A stretch of 64,000 bases of DNA from Candidatus Magasanikiibacteriota bacterium (GTDB lineage: Bacteria; Patescibacteriota; Patescibacteriia; Magasanikbacterales; GWA2-37-8). The stretch is from NCBI GenBank assembly GCA_016182085.1, contig JACOYB010000005.1, positions 1,013 to 65,012 of the forward strand. The letters run 5' to 3'. Under the pieces are notes generated by a model. It did no database searches. It had not been told where the DNA came from and worked only from the letters and a program-made list of their open reading frames with translations. Made by a program: the position numbers and the translations under genes. Shown here piece by piece: positions 28,868-38,903 of the stretch. Position 1 is the first letter of the stretch; every line of letters starts with the position of its first letter.

Positions 28868-29998
28868 TTATTTATCCTGCAAGTACACGGGAACAAATCC
28901 TTTTTCTCCTTTTTGCGCTTTTGCCACCAAGGGAATTTCTATATAAAAAGTAGAACCGCTTTCTGCATCTCCGCCCGCCGTAGTTTTTTTAACTAAATTA
29001 GGAGATTTAAACCAAATTTTGCCGCCAATGAGCCCGGCCGCTTGGGAAGCAATATATAGCCCCAGACCGCTGCCATCAGTCTTAACGGCAGCCGCATTTG
29101 ACGCGCGAAAAAATTTCTCAAAAATATGAACCTGCTCCTGTTTTGGTATTCCTATACCCGTGTCCCGAATCATAAAAAACGCGGCGTTGTTTTTCTTTTC
29201 TATGCCCACCTCTACCTTTCCTCCTTGAGGAGTATATTCAATGGCGTTTCTAATAATATCTTGCAAAATATAATCCAACGCGTTTCTGTCGGTAGTGGCG
29301 GCAAGTTTTTTGAGGTGGTTAGTAAATATAAGTTTTAAATCTTTTTTTTCAGAGAGTGTCTGAAGCCTGCTTATAAGTTCTTTTGTAAACTTTACCAGGT
29401 CTAAATCTTCCGGCGCTACCATTATGCGCCCCGACTCAATCCGCGATATATTCAACATGAGTTTTATCAGCGTATTAAGACGCGAAGCTGAGTAAATAAT
29501 ATCGCGAAGATATTTCTTTCCACTCTCCGTTAATTTTTCTTTTTCTAAAAAAAGTTCGGCTGTCCACCTAATCCCGGTCAAAGGGGTACGAAGCTGATGC
29601 GAGGCAAGAGAAACAAACTCGGTTTTTGAACGATCAAGCTCTTTTAAACGAGTAACGTCGTGGAGAATTATGATTCCCCCGATAGATCCTCTTTGCTCGT
29701 GCAGGGCGGGCGTAATGGATATCTCAAAAAAAAAGTTTGCCAAAGAAATTTCTTCTGTGCGGATGACCTTATCTTTTTTTATCGCCTCGCCAACTTTATT
29801 TTCCAAGTCCAGAGCGGGAAATAATTTGTAAAATTTTGAAAGGCCATACCCTTCCCGAGGCAGTCCGGTAAAACTCATGGCCGCCGGGTTTGCCAGAATA
29901 ACTTTTTTCTTTGCGTCAAATATAATTACCCCGTCTGTAAGGCTTGAAAGAATAGTGGTAATAACATCTTGCGGCAAGATCTTGGTCGTTTCCGCCAT
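28868..29998 (-). CDS. Cytoplasmic PAS histidine kinase
   Basis: PAS, ASHQLRTPL, NAIEYT, DTGIGIP, GSGLGL; no TM. Confidence 0.9.
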   Translation of the reverse strand: MAETTKILPQDVITTILSSLTDGVIIFDAKKKVILANPAAMSFTGLPREGYGLSKFYKLFPALDLENKVGEAIKKDKVIRTEEISLANFFFEISITPALHEQRGSIGGIIILHDVTRLKELDRSKTEFVSLASHQLRTPLTGIRWTAELFLEKEKLTESGKKYLRDIIYSASRLNTLIKLMLNISRIESGRIMVAPEDLDLVKFTKELISRLQTLSEKKDLKLIFTNHLKKLAATTDRNALDYILQDIIRNAIEYTPQGGKVEVGIEKKNNAAFFMIRDTGIGIPKQEQVHIFEKFFRASNAAAVKTDGSGLGLYIASQAAGLIGGKIWFKSPNLVKKTTAGGDAESGSTFYIEIPLVAKAQKGEKGFVPVYLQDK

Positions 29999-30029
29999 AC
30001 AGGACTATTTTAATTATCCGCTAACAAAG

Positions 30030-30141
30030 TTTCTTATTCACTCATCTCTAGTAATTATAAGCGGAGCTTGAAATTACGTCGAGCTTCGGAATAAGAAAAT
30101 ACTAAGGTATTTTCTTATTCACTCATCTCTAGTAATTATAA
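30030..30141. repeat. 31-bp direct repeat with a 14-bp hairpin
   Basis: TTTCTTATTCACTCATCTCTAGTAATTATAA at 30030-30060 and 30111-30141; stem at 30089-30120. Confidence 0.85.
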
Positions 30142-30191
30142 CAAACTTTTTTTAAAACAAAAATACCCTACTATGAACTATATAATAAATT

Positions 30192-31199
30192 TTATTTTGT
30201 CGCTAGTATGCTGCGTTTATAGTTTTCTAAATTGTCTAGAGCAATACCGGTGCCTTTGGCCACACAAAGCAATGGCTCTTCGGCCACATAGGTAGCCACG
30301 CCCGTTGCTTGAGCGATAAGTTCGTTTAAATTTCGCAGCATGGCCGAACCGCCGGATAAAATTATGCCTTTGTCTATTACATCTGCCGAAAGTTCAGGCG
30401 GGGTTTTGTACAAAACTGCTTTTACCGCCTCAGTTAAATTACCCAACTCATGCTGCAAGGCTTCGGTCGTATCATCGGAACTTACCATAATAGTTTTTGG
30501 CAAACCGGTAATCATATCGCGGCCTTTTACTTCCATAGTCAGAGGTTTTTCCATATACATGGCCGAACCAACTTTAATTTTTATATCTTCGGCTGACCGC
30601 TCGCCGATCGCCAAATTATATTTATGGCGAACATATTCCATGATAGCTTGGTCAAATTTATTGCCGCCCACGCGAGCCGAACCCCAAGAAACTATTCCGC
30701 CCAGAGAAATCACGGCAATTTCGGCTGTGCCGCCGCCAATATCTATAATCATATGTCCCGAAGCCGCGCCAATCGGAATATCAGCGCCAATTGCGGCCAC
30801 CACCGGTTCTTTAATGATATATGCCGCGCGCGCGCCGGCAGCGATGGTGGCGTCAATTACAGCTCGGCGTTCGGTGGAAGTAATGCCAGCCGGCACGGCC
30901 ACCATAACTTCCGGACGAAACAAACGCACACCGCCTAAAGCTTTATTTATAAAATACCTAAGCATGGCTTCGGTGGTATGGTAGTTGGCAATCACGCCAT
31001 CTTTAAGCGGGCGTTCGGCCAAGATCGCGTCCGGAGCGCGCCCAATCATATCTTTAGCCTCAACTCCTACGGCGAGCACTTTGCCATCGGCTTTAGATAC
31101 GGCCACAACACTGGGTTCATTAATAACAATTCCTTTTTTTGGAACATATACAAGCACGTTAGTCGTACCCAGATCAATGCCGATTTTTTTGATAAACAT
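30192..31199 (-). CDS. mreB: Rod-shape actin MreB
   Basis: GIDLGT, NEPSVVA, PLKDGVIA, DIGGGT, LSGGSAML. Confidence 0.96.
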   Translation of the reverse strand: MFIKKIGIDLGTTNVLVYVPKKGIVINEPSVVAVSKADGKVLAVGVEAKDMIGRAPDAILAERPLKDGVIANYHTTEAMLRYFINKALGGVRLFRPEVMVAVPAGITSTERRAVIDATIAAGARAAYIIKEPVVAAIGADIPIGAASGHMIIDIGGGTAEIAVISLGGIVSWGSARVGGNKFDQAIMEYVRHKYNLAIGERSAEDIKIKVGSAMYMEKPLTMEVKGRDMITGLPKTIMVSSDDTTEALQHELGNLTEAVKAVLYKTPPELSADVIDKGIILSGGSAMLRNLNELIAQATGVATYVAEEPLLCVAKGTGIALDNLENYKRSILATK

Positions 31200-31272
31200 A
31201 GTGAATGAGAGAAATAGACGAGCTTGCTCGGATATTTCCGAGTGAGCTGTGTTTATATGTGGCTTTAGCCCA
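31200..31272. repeat. Divergent copy of the start-adjacent hairpin family
   Basis: ATGAGAGAAATA..GAGC TT GCTC..TATTTCCGAGTGA plus GGCTTTAGCC hairpin, also seen at 39309 and 60185. Confidence 0.6.
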
Positions 31273-31288
31273 TATAAACATAATTGTA

Positions 31289-32722
31289 TTAATTAGCCAA
31301 GCCTACTTCTATACTACGATCAACTGTCAAATCCGTTTTATAATTATATTTTTGATCGCCGATATTTTCTTGAGCTTCACTTGGGCTTGCTGATACGATA
31401 TTTTTACCAAAATTAAGGTTGAGCGTCAATTTATCCGCGATTGTTCCTAATTGTTTTTGCACAAGCAGATTATACGAATTATTTTTTATTTGCCCAGCTA
31501 CTTGCGGCGCCACATAAAACTGCCAGGCGAGCTCACCGGTTTTGCCCGGTTCAATGGAAATAAATGCGCCAAACCACTGTCGGCCGTTTTCCATTCCTTG
31601 ATCTACAGCTCCGGGTTCGATTGATCTGTCTGTTTTCATACTGCCGGAAACCGAAATAAATTTACTGCCTTCAGGCAAGAAAACCCTGGCATACGTTCTG
31701 TATCTCGTTGTAAATTTCGTAAAGCTGCCATTGTTTTTATATTTCATTTTTACCGTGCCAACATATTTATCCGTGCCGCTTGGCGCAACCGAATACGACA
31801 ATTCTTTATCCATGACCTTATCGGTTTTAAGCGCGGCCATATTGGCATCCGCCCATAATATATAATCTTTTTTATCCTGTTTCATTTCTCCGCTCCAACC
31901 TCGGGCTACCAAAATTTTTTGTATTTCCGAATCCGTGGAATACGCCAAAATATGTTTCTCCAGCAACATGCGCTGGCTTAAAGCAAAATAACTGGACCAG
32001 TGTTTAAATAAATCGCCGCGGATGCGAGCTAAAAGCGCATGGCTTAAATCGGCTAAAATTTTCTTGCGCTCGTCAAAATGCAAACCATCTTCGGCAAAAC
32101 CAAACTCCACTTCATATTCCAATTTTTCCGTAAAGTTGTCCGCGTTAAATTCTTCGCCATTTACGGTAATCGACCCGCTGATGCGCAAAATTTCTTCAAG
32201 CAGAGTGGGTGTAATTCCAATCACGCCCGTAATTTCATCCGCCGAAACGCCGCGTTCTTTTTTAAACAAGTCCAGTGATTTCATGGAAGAGGCTGCAAAA
32301 TCCGGCGACCAGTTGCTGTCCCTAAAACCCCATCTTTTGACGAGCACATATTTTTGCAGCGGTTCGGGCGGCACAGACTCAAAATCTTGCGGCGCCTGGT
32401 TATCTAAAATTTCAGTTCCTTCCACTTTTAAAATATGGGGTATGCCTTTATCAACTCGCACCACGCTATAGGCGCCGATAAATCCCCCGCCCGGACGAAT
32501 TTCAGTATTGTTTAAAAACAACACCAAATAGGTCTGTGGTTTTTCAAAACCCAATACTTTCGGAACCAGGATATTTTCCGCCGGATCAGAAACAACCGTT
32601 TCGGCAACTTTTTTTATTACAGCCGATTGCAATCCGCCTTGGGAACGAGACCAGCGCCACAGCCCCAAAGCGCCGATAACAACTAGCGCAAAAAGTAAAA
32701 TAAAAATTATTTTTTTTATCAT
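31289..32722 (-). CDS. DUF4012-like membrane-anchored protein
   Basis: YLVLFLNNTEIRPGGGFIGAY, FRDSNWSPDF, LLVQKQLG. Confidence 0.8.
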   Translation of the reverse strand: MIKKIIFILLFALVVIGALGLWRWSRSQGGLQSAVIKKVAETVVSDPAENILVPKVLGFEKPQTYLVLFLNNTEIRPGGGFIGAYSVVRVDKGIPHILKVEGTEILDNQAPQDFESVPPEPLQKYVLVKRWGFRDSNWSPDFAASSMKSLDLFKKERGVSADEITGVIGITPTLLEEILRISGSITVNGEEFNADNFTEKLEYEVEFGFAEDGLHFDERKKILADLSHALLARIRGDLFKHWSSYFALSQRMLLEKHILAYSTDSEIQKILVARGWSGEMKQDKKDYILWADANMAALKTDKVMDKELSYSVAPSGTDKYVGTVKMKYKNNGSFTKFTTRYRTYARVFLPEGSKFISVSGSMKTDRSIEPGAVDQGMENGRQWFGAFISIEPGKTGELAWQFYVAPQVAGQIKNNSYNLLVQKQLGTIADKLTLNLNFGKNIVSASPSEAQENIGDQKYNYKTDLTVDRSIEVGLAN

Positions 32723-32745
32723 ATGTTTAGTCCATATAAACGAAA

Positions 32746-34230
32746 CTAACTTCTCTTTTTTACGGAAACGTTAAAACCAAGGTATTTGCCAAACATGAGA
32801 TGAGAAACCGCGTCCAGACAAGGCAGCGACGAAAAGAAAATAAGCGATATCGGCAAAAGAAACCATTGCAGAATCATAAATAAATATCCATGACGCGGGT
32901 GATTTTCCGGACGTGCCGGTAAAATCAACATGCTCATTACGGCTGAAACGAGCAGCCCGAGCATAGCCAGGGTCATCAGAATTTCTAAAATATTGGGGGC
33001 ATTAAAAAATAACGCGCTCTGCCGAACTTCGTTTCCCGCCACCCACAGAGGCAATCGGCCAATGAGGGTGATAAGAATTGCCACCACCGCCCAACTCCAC
33101 TTGCCTTCCCATTCATGAAACAGCACTGATATTTTTTTAAACCAGGGAATTTTTTTATTCTGGCGGAACTGCCATAATAAATACGGAATATGTTCCGTGC
33201 CCCAGGCCCAACGGCGCTGCTGCAAATATAAATTTTTCAAACTGCGCCACCACGAGTCGTCGCGCACCGTATCCATGGATACGGGGATATACATTGGCGT
33301 GACTTCATAATCTCCATTATACCGCAACCAGCATTGATAAAAAATACGCGAATCTTCGCTGACAATGTCCTTGCTATGCCCCCCGCAATCCATAATCGCT
33401 TTAAAACTCATGCTGTGCGAAGAAAATGTAACCAGGCTGTCTAACCTGGCCAAGCTAAACAACATCCAAAAACTGGTACCGAAGGCCATGATACGGATAA
33501 TGGCCGGCGACTCCCACAAATTATTATTATACAAGGTGAGCGGCTGGAACGAACTGTGATCTGGCCGCGGATGATTATTATACAAATACGCCAGATGCGC
33601 AAAGTATTCGCTATGCACAATCGTGTCAATATCAAAAACCGAAGTAATAATATCTATGTACTCCCAGCCGCGCTGGTCGGCATATTTCTTAAATTCCCAT
33701 TCGGCATAGTGAATATTGGAACCTTTCCCCGGAATTTCATCGGGCAAATTTTCCGGATGCGTATAAAAAATTATATCCGCGAATTTTCCCGAATAATTCT
33801 CAACAACTAATTTTTGTATGCCTTGCAAGTGTTCCGGTTTTCTAGCTTCGCCGGAAATTACCAGATAGGTTTTGCCGGCTGGAAAGCTGGATTTTAAAAA
33901 ACTATCCAATGTCGGCGCCACCACATCCCAACTTTCATTATATAGAGGCAGAAAAACGACATTCTTTCTTTTTTCCCAATCTGGAAATTCGGCTTTAAGT
34001 TTTTCAAACCAATTTATTTTTACGGCCTTGCGGAAACGCCTCCAAGACAAAAACAAATAAAAAGAAAAATATGATACGCGGATAACCCAATACACATCAA
34101 AGACCAAGATAAAATAAATCATCCATAACGGCTTGGCAAAGGATAAGATAATGGTCAAAAAAATCGTAAGCCAAATACTTAAGCCCGGTAACATTTCGTA
34201 CAGACGATACCTGTGATAATTCGAGATCAT
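32746..34230 (-). CDS. Membrane GT2 glycosyltransferase (processive type)
   Basis: PLYNE, GKGSN, FDID, VSED, QQRRWAWG (QxxRW), flanking TMs. Confidence 0.85.
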   Translation of the reverse strand: MISNYHRYRLYEMLPGLSIWLTIFLTIILSFAKPLWMIYFILVFDVYWVIRVSYFSFYLFLSWRRFRKAVKINWFEKLKAEFPDWEKRKNVVFLPLYNESWDVVAPTLDSFLKSSFPAGKTYLVISGEARKPEHLQGIQKLVVENYSGKFADIIFYTHPENLPDEIPGKGSNIHYAEWEFKKYADQRGWEYIDIITSVFDIDTIVHSEYFAHLAYLYNNHPRPDHSSFQPLTLYNNNLWESPAIIRIMAFGTSFWMLFSLARLDSLVTFSSHSMSFKAIMDCGGHSKDIVSEDSRIFYQCWLRYNGDYEVTPMYIPVSMDTVRDDSWWRSLKNLYLQQRRWAWGTEHIPYLLWQFRQNKKIPWFKKISVLFHEWEGKWSWAVVAILITLIGRLPLWVAGNEVRQSALFFNAPNILEILMTLAMLGLLVSAVMSMLILPARPENHPRHGYLFMILQWFLLPISLIFFSSLPCLDAVSHLMFGKYLGFNVSVKKRS

Positions 34231-34679
34231 ACCTGGTTATTTTTTCCTTGTATATGAGCCTCCGCGCTATATTCGGGCATCACATACTGTCCGGCCTTAG
34301 CCTCTTTGGCCTTAGCTGAAGCCGCCCGCCGGTCAAAATTCTTTTCTAATTTTATAACCGGAATACGCAAGCCATAAGCTAAGGTGTTAGCCAGAGTTAC
34401 GGCCAGCCTAGTACCCGTAAACCTTCCCACACCCATCACCACGCCCACGCATGTAATATCTTTTACAGATAGGTTAAGTTCGGATAAAAACTTGTCCAAA
34501 CAAACTAGCAAATCATCACTCTGTTTCGTTTTAAAAGCCTTTGATCTAATATTGTGTCCGGAAGTTTTTTGTTTTGACGAAGCCGCGGTTCTTTTCAAAA
34601 CACCTTGAACAAATTTATTATCCATTTCAGCGTAGAACACACCCCTATCGTCTTCGGTATTGTCAATAACAAGCAGCAT
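34227..34679 (-). CDS. tsaB: Short TsaB-like protein
   Basis: MLLVIDNT, GVGRFTGTRLAVTLANTLAY, P.YS. Confidence 0.75.
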   Translation of the reverse strand: MLLVIDNTEDDRGVFYAEMDNKFVQGVLKRTAASSKQKTSGHNIRSKAFKTKQSDDLLVCLDKFLSELNLSVKDITCVGVVMGVGRFTGTRLAVTLANTLAYGLRIPVIKLEKNFDRRAASAKAKEAKAGQYVMPEYSAEAHIQGKNNQV

Positions 34680-34685
34680 AACCGA

Positions 34686-35285
34686 TTACATTTTATTTAT
34701 TTCGTCAACCACCTTTACATACTTGCCTTCAAAGATGCTATATAAGAATTTATCGCCAATTTCACGACGATCATTTAATTCTTTTTCACTCATGATTGTA
34801 TAGCGGAGCGACTTGCCCAGCTTTTTCTCAAAATCAGCCACCAGCTTTGAAACCAAAACCGGTTTTATTTCTCCCACGAGTAAAATATCGGTTTCCGCGT
34901 TTTTAGCATCCGTAAAGCAACCGGTAAACAACAGTAATTTCAGCTTGCCGGCTTTGTTCTTTAAGAGTTCAATCAGCTCACGCTCGTACAGTATTTGCGC
35001 CTTAAACAGCAGGGCTTTAAGTTCCGCATACAGCAAACAAGCGGTGTCTAATTTATAATATTTTGAACGGCCGGTACCGGATTGTTCGGCAGAGTCGGTA
35101 ATTTCGGCAACCGTAGGCATAATAATACCTACTTTTTCCAAATTACTGAGTTCGCGCCTGACCGCGTTAAGCTGGGATTCAGTCAGTCTTGCCAGTTCGC
35201 GCACATAAAATGGCCGATCCGGAGAGTGGAAAAAAATATGCAAAAGTTTTATCCTAGTCTTTGAACCAAAAAGTTGTTCAAGCAT
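34686..35285 (-). CDS. Winged-HTH regulator with nucleotidyltransferase-like C-terminus
   Basis: LFGSKTRIKLL, YVRELAR..NAVRRELSNLE, TDILLVG. Confidence 0.7.
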   Translation of the reverse strand: MLEQLFGSKTRIKLLHIFFHSPDRPFYVRELARLTESQLNAVRRELSNLEKVGIIMPTVAEITDSAEQSGTGRSKYYKLDTACLLYAELKALLFKAQILYERELIELLKNKAGKLKLLLFTGCFTDAKNAETDILLVGEIKPVLVSKLVADFEKKLGKSLRYTIMSEKELNDRREIGDKFLYSIFEGKYVKVVDEINKM

Positions 35286-35384
35286 ATCGCTAAGGTTGCA
35301 CTAAATAAGAAAATCGTAATAAATAGCTTTACTATTTTACGCCGTTTATAGTATAATTATTAAAGAAGAAAAAGTCAAAATACC

Positions 35385-37673
35385 ATGGATAAAACACTAC
35401 ACCTGCATGAATTTTTCGTGGAAGGAAACAATCCCGAAGAATCCCATGTCTTATTAAATATCACTGAACCCTCTACTTCAGCCGAAAGAAGCAAGGGCTA
35501 TTTTTTCGTAATCTGCGAAATAAACAACGGCGATACCAAATATATCGCCAAGATGCAAAATATCATAGATGAGATAGAAAATAGTTACTACGAAATTCCA
35601 GATCAAGAATACCAAACTGCCTTAGAAATTGTCTTAAACAAGATCAATCAAGAAAACATGTCCATGATCCAGCCAGAGATTGGCTTGCATTGCATTGTGG
35701 GCGCGATTCGCGAAAATGATATTATCTTTAGCTTTTACGGGCATCCGCAAATGGTGCTTTTCTATAAAATCAAGGATGGTCTATTATATAAAAAAATGGA
35801 TTTGGTAGAAGAAAATAAATCTACCGAAAACTCGGAAAACAACCAGCTGTTTTCTCAAATTGTTCAGGGAAAAATCGGCCCCAACGATTTTTTCTTTGCC
35901 GGTACGCCAAATATTATAAACTACTTCAATCATGACCGCCTGCAAAAAATTATTACTACCCGCCCTCCGCGCCAAAGTTCCGAACACTTGCAGCGAGTAT
36001 TGTCCGAACTTCAAAACAATATTTCATTTGGCGGCATCATAATTAACCTGCAAAAAAGTACGGAGCCTATTCCAACTCCAAGAATCTCTCCTGTTAAAAA
36101 AGGAGAATCCGCCCGCTCATTAAAGAGCTTGTTTAGCACTGAACAAAATACAGCGAGCATTCTCTCTCCGTCTTTACTGCCAAAATTTCAAGACAAAGTA
36201 AATAATGCCTTTACCGATCAAGAAGAGCCGGAAATGATGCAGCCAAATCCAACCGGCTTGCGCGCCAATACCGAAATTACTTCTTCACACTTACGCGCCA
36301 GACAAGACCGGATACGACCAGCGGCGAGACCTAACACCCAGGAAATAATTAAAAAAATAATATTTATTATCTGGCAAATCCTAAAATACACGGGCCGAGC
36401 AATCATGATTCTCTTGCTTTTTATTGGCGCTGTGTTTTCCACGCTTGGCAGAAACGCGATGTTATTATTTTTCGTGGCTACCAATTACCAAAACAGACGC
36501 CGCAATATTTTGACTCAGTGGGGCAACTGGTGGCGCAATCTAAAGAATAACCTTAAGCAACTGCCGCTCATTACCAAAGCTTTGCTTATTGTCTCCATAA
36601 TTTTAGTGCTCGTATTTACCGTTGGAATCGTGTATGTAAAAAATAAACAGAAAAAAGAAGTTCGTGTAAAACAATCCATGCAAATCGCTCAGATGATACA
36701 AAATAAACAAGATGAAGCCGAGAGCTCTTTGGTATACGGCGATACGGATACGGCTATAACCAAACTACAAGAGGCCGAAGAAATTCTCACCACTCTCCCT
36801 TGCGAAACAAACGCTGAAAAAGCAACGTGCCAAAACCTGCAGATCCAACTAGCTGCCTTACAATTAAGGGCTCGCCATATTACTCTGGTCACCCCGCAGC
36901 TTCTGGCGGATTGGAATACGCTCGCTCCCAACAACCAAATGGAAAATATCTTCTTGCTTAACAATAAAATTTACGGATTTGGCAAAACCAACTCCGATAT
37001 CTTGGCCTATGACATGCTGACCAAAGAGTCACAGCTCACGAGTCCAAACTTATCTGTAAACAACTTTATTACAGTTTCCGTACCAAAAGAAAATGATTAC
37101 GCGGTACTGCTTTATGACAACCAACACGTGGCACAGTTCCAACCAACGGACAATTCCTGGAAAAAGGTAGATATCTCCTACCCTGCTCAAAATGCTAGCA
37201 TTTCTAGTTTGGCCGTATATAATCGCAGACTCTACACCCTGGACGCTCAAAATAATAAAATCTATCGCCATGATTCAATTAAAACCGGCTTCTCCACAGG
37301 CAAAGAATGGACCCAAAATAACACGACCGATATTAAATCCGGCATTGATATGTCTATAGACGGCGATGTCTTTATCTTAGGCAAGAACGGCAGCATTTAT
37401 AAATTTACCAAAGGCCAGACACAAAACTTTAATCTTTCCAAAATTGACCCACCGCTCACTTCGGCTGATAAAATTTGGACATATAATGATCTTAACTATC
37501 TTTATATTTTAGACAGTGCTGGCAAAAGAATTATCATTGCGGATAAAACCGGTGAATTCAAATCTCAGATTACAGCCAGTGAATTTGTCCATCCTACGGG
37601 CATGATCGTAGATGAACAAAAGAAAGCCGCCTTTATCTTGGATAATAACAAGTTGTACCAGATTGAGCTGTAA
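35385..37673 (+). CDS. Membrane protein: PP2C-like N-domain, TM, C-terminal NHL-like propeller
   Basis: KGYFFVICEI alpha/beta domain, TM helices, LYTLD / VFILG / LYILD repeats. Confidence 0.55.
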   Translation: MDKTLHLHEFFVEGNNPEESHVLLNITEPSTSAERSKGYFFVICEINNGDTKYIAKMQNIIDEIENSYYEIPDQEYQTALEIVLNKINQENMSMIQPEIGLHCIVGAIRENDIIFSFYGHPQMVLFYKIKDGLLYKKMDLVEENKSTENSENNQLFSQIVQGKIGPNDFFFAGTPNIINYFNHDRLQKIITTRPPRQSSEHLQRVLSELQNNISFGGIIINLQKSTEPIPTPRISPVKKGESARSLKSLFSTEQNTASILSPSLLPKFQDKVNNAFTDQEEPEMMQPNPTGLRANTEITSSHLRARQDRIRPAARPNTQEIIKKIIFIIWQILKYTGRAIMILLLFIGAVFSTLGRNAMLLFFVATNYQNRRRNILTQWGNWWRNLKNNLKQLPLITKALLIVSIILVLVFTVGIVYVKNKQKKEVRVKQSMQIAQMIQNKQDEAESSLVYGDTDTAITKLQEAEEILTTLPCETNAEKATCQNLQIQLAALQLRARHITLVTPQLLADWNTLAPNNQMENIFLLNNKIYGFGKTNSDILAYDMLTKESQLTSPNLSVNNFITVSVPKENDYAVLLYDNQHVAQFQPTDNSWKKVDISYPAQNASISSLAVYNRRLYTLDAQNNKIYRHDSIKTGFSTGKEWTQNNTTDIKSGIDMSIDGDVFILGKNGSIYKFTKGQTQNFNLSKIDPPLTSADKIWTYNDLNYLYILDSAGKRIIIADKTGEFKSQITASEFVHPTGMIVDEQKKAAFILDNNKLYQIEL

Positions 37674-37679
37674 CACCTA

Positions 37680-37714
37680 AAACAAAAAGACTCCGATTAT
37701 GGAGCCTTTTTGTT
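37680..37714. terminator. Bidirectional intrinsic terminator
   Basis: AAACAAAAAG ACTCC GATTAT GGAGC CTTTTTGTTT between convergent genes. Confidence 0.7.
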
Positions 37715-37729
37715 TATATCAAGCTCTGC

Positions 37730-38137
37730 TTATTTTAATGTGACCTTACCGCCAGCTTCTTCAATTTTCTTCTTCATAGCTTCGGCTTCCTCTTTCTTTA
37801 CCGCTTCCTTAATTACCTTAGGAGCGCCATCAACCATAGCTTTGGCATCAGCCAGTCCAAGACCGGTAATTTCCTTAACTGCCTTGATAACATTGATTTT
37901 GCTAGCACCAGCGTCTGTGAGTTCAACATTGAACTCAGTCTTTTCTTCAGCGGCAGCAGCGCCTCCGGCAGCTGGAGTGGCAGCCATCATCATGGCTGGA
38001 GCAGCAGCGGATACGCCGAATTTCTCTTCCAAAACTTTTACAAGTTCGGAAAGATCGAGCACTGACATTTTTTCAATTTCAGCCACCAAATCCTTGAATT
38101 TGGCAGGCACTTCTACAACTTTATTTTCTTCTGACAT
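37730..38137 (-). CDS. rplL: 50S ribosomal protein L7/L12
   Basis: [39 protein letters not shown]. Confidence 0.97.
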   Translation of the reverse strand: MSEENKVVEVPAKFKDLVAEIEKMSVLDLSELVKVLEEKFGVSAAAPAMMMAATPAAGGAAAAEEKTEFNVELTDAGASKINVIKAVKEITGLGLADAKAMVDGAPKVIKEAVKKEEAEAMKKKIEEAGGKVTLK

Positions 38138-38158
38138 AGGATTAATTAAATATGTAAA

Positions 38159-38683
38159 TTATGATTTTGCTTTGGCGATATTATTAAGTACTCCGACAAG
38201 CCCGCGTAAATTTCCAGCCATGACGTTTACAAATCCGGAAACCGGAGCGTTGAGAGAACCAACCAATTTTGCCAAGAGTTCCTGCTTGCTTGGCAAGCTG
38301 GCCAAACTCTTTACCATGGAAACATCTATAAATTTGCCTTCCAGCACACCACCAAATAGTTTAACTATTTCGTGATCTTTGGAGAACGTATGCACTATTT
38401 TTGCGGCGGAAACCTCGTCTCCCAAAGCCATAAAAGTAGCCACACCGCCGGAGAAAACCTTAGGATCAATATCTTTGAGTCCCAATTCTTCACACGCGCG
38501 CTTTACCAAGGTTTTCTTGGCAGCCACAACTTTGACGTTGTTTTTTCGGCACTCTCGGCGCAATTCTTCTGCTTCCGAAACCTTCAATCCTTGAAAATTG
38601 GCAAAAACCACGGCCTTAGCCGCTTTAAGGCCATCTTCCAAAGATTTAACGGTATCTTGTTTTTGTAGTTTTGTTTTTGGCAT
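38159..38683 (-). CDS. rplJ: 50S ribosomal protein L10
   Basis: FQGLKV, KKTL, LASLPSKQELLAKL; start at MPKTK. Confidence 0.95.
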   Translation of the reverse strand: MPKTKLQKQDTVKSLEDGLKAAKAVVFANFQGLKVSEAEELRRECRKNNVKVVAAKKTLVKRACEELGLKDIDPKVFSGGVATFMALGDEVSAAKIVHTFSKDHEIVKLFGGVLEGKFIDVSMVKSLASLPSKQELLAKLVGSLNAPVSGFVNVMAGNLRGLVGVLNNIAKAKS

Positions 38684-38699
38684 AATTATTGCTTTTAAC

Positions 38700-38863
38700 A
38701 AAAAATCTGTGTTCTCCACAGACCTCTAGCACAAATCGACCGAATCTAGCCTTACTCAGCACGAGGCTGATCCGCCTTGGGCGGAAGCTATTATTTGTAC
38801 CTCGGCAGGCCTACCCGCAAAACGGGCAAATTAGATCCTTTCGGACACCTACTGTCTATGGTT
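38700..38863 (-). promoter_or_regulatory. L10 leader (ribosomal autoregulation) with attenuator
   Basis: ACCATAGACAGTAGGT...CCTGCCGAGGT core; hairpin TCTGTG-GAGAA-CACAGA-T6; promoter TTGACT-17-TATACT at 38870-38898. Confidence 0.8.
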
Positions 38864-38903
38864 AGACCAAGTATATATATACTGATAAAAAAAGTCAAGG
38901 GCT

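Noticed and set aside
30340-30984. Long antisense ORFs over mreB, rplL, glyQS, frr and others
   Set aside because: Shadows of well-supported genes on the opposite strand
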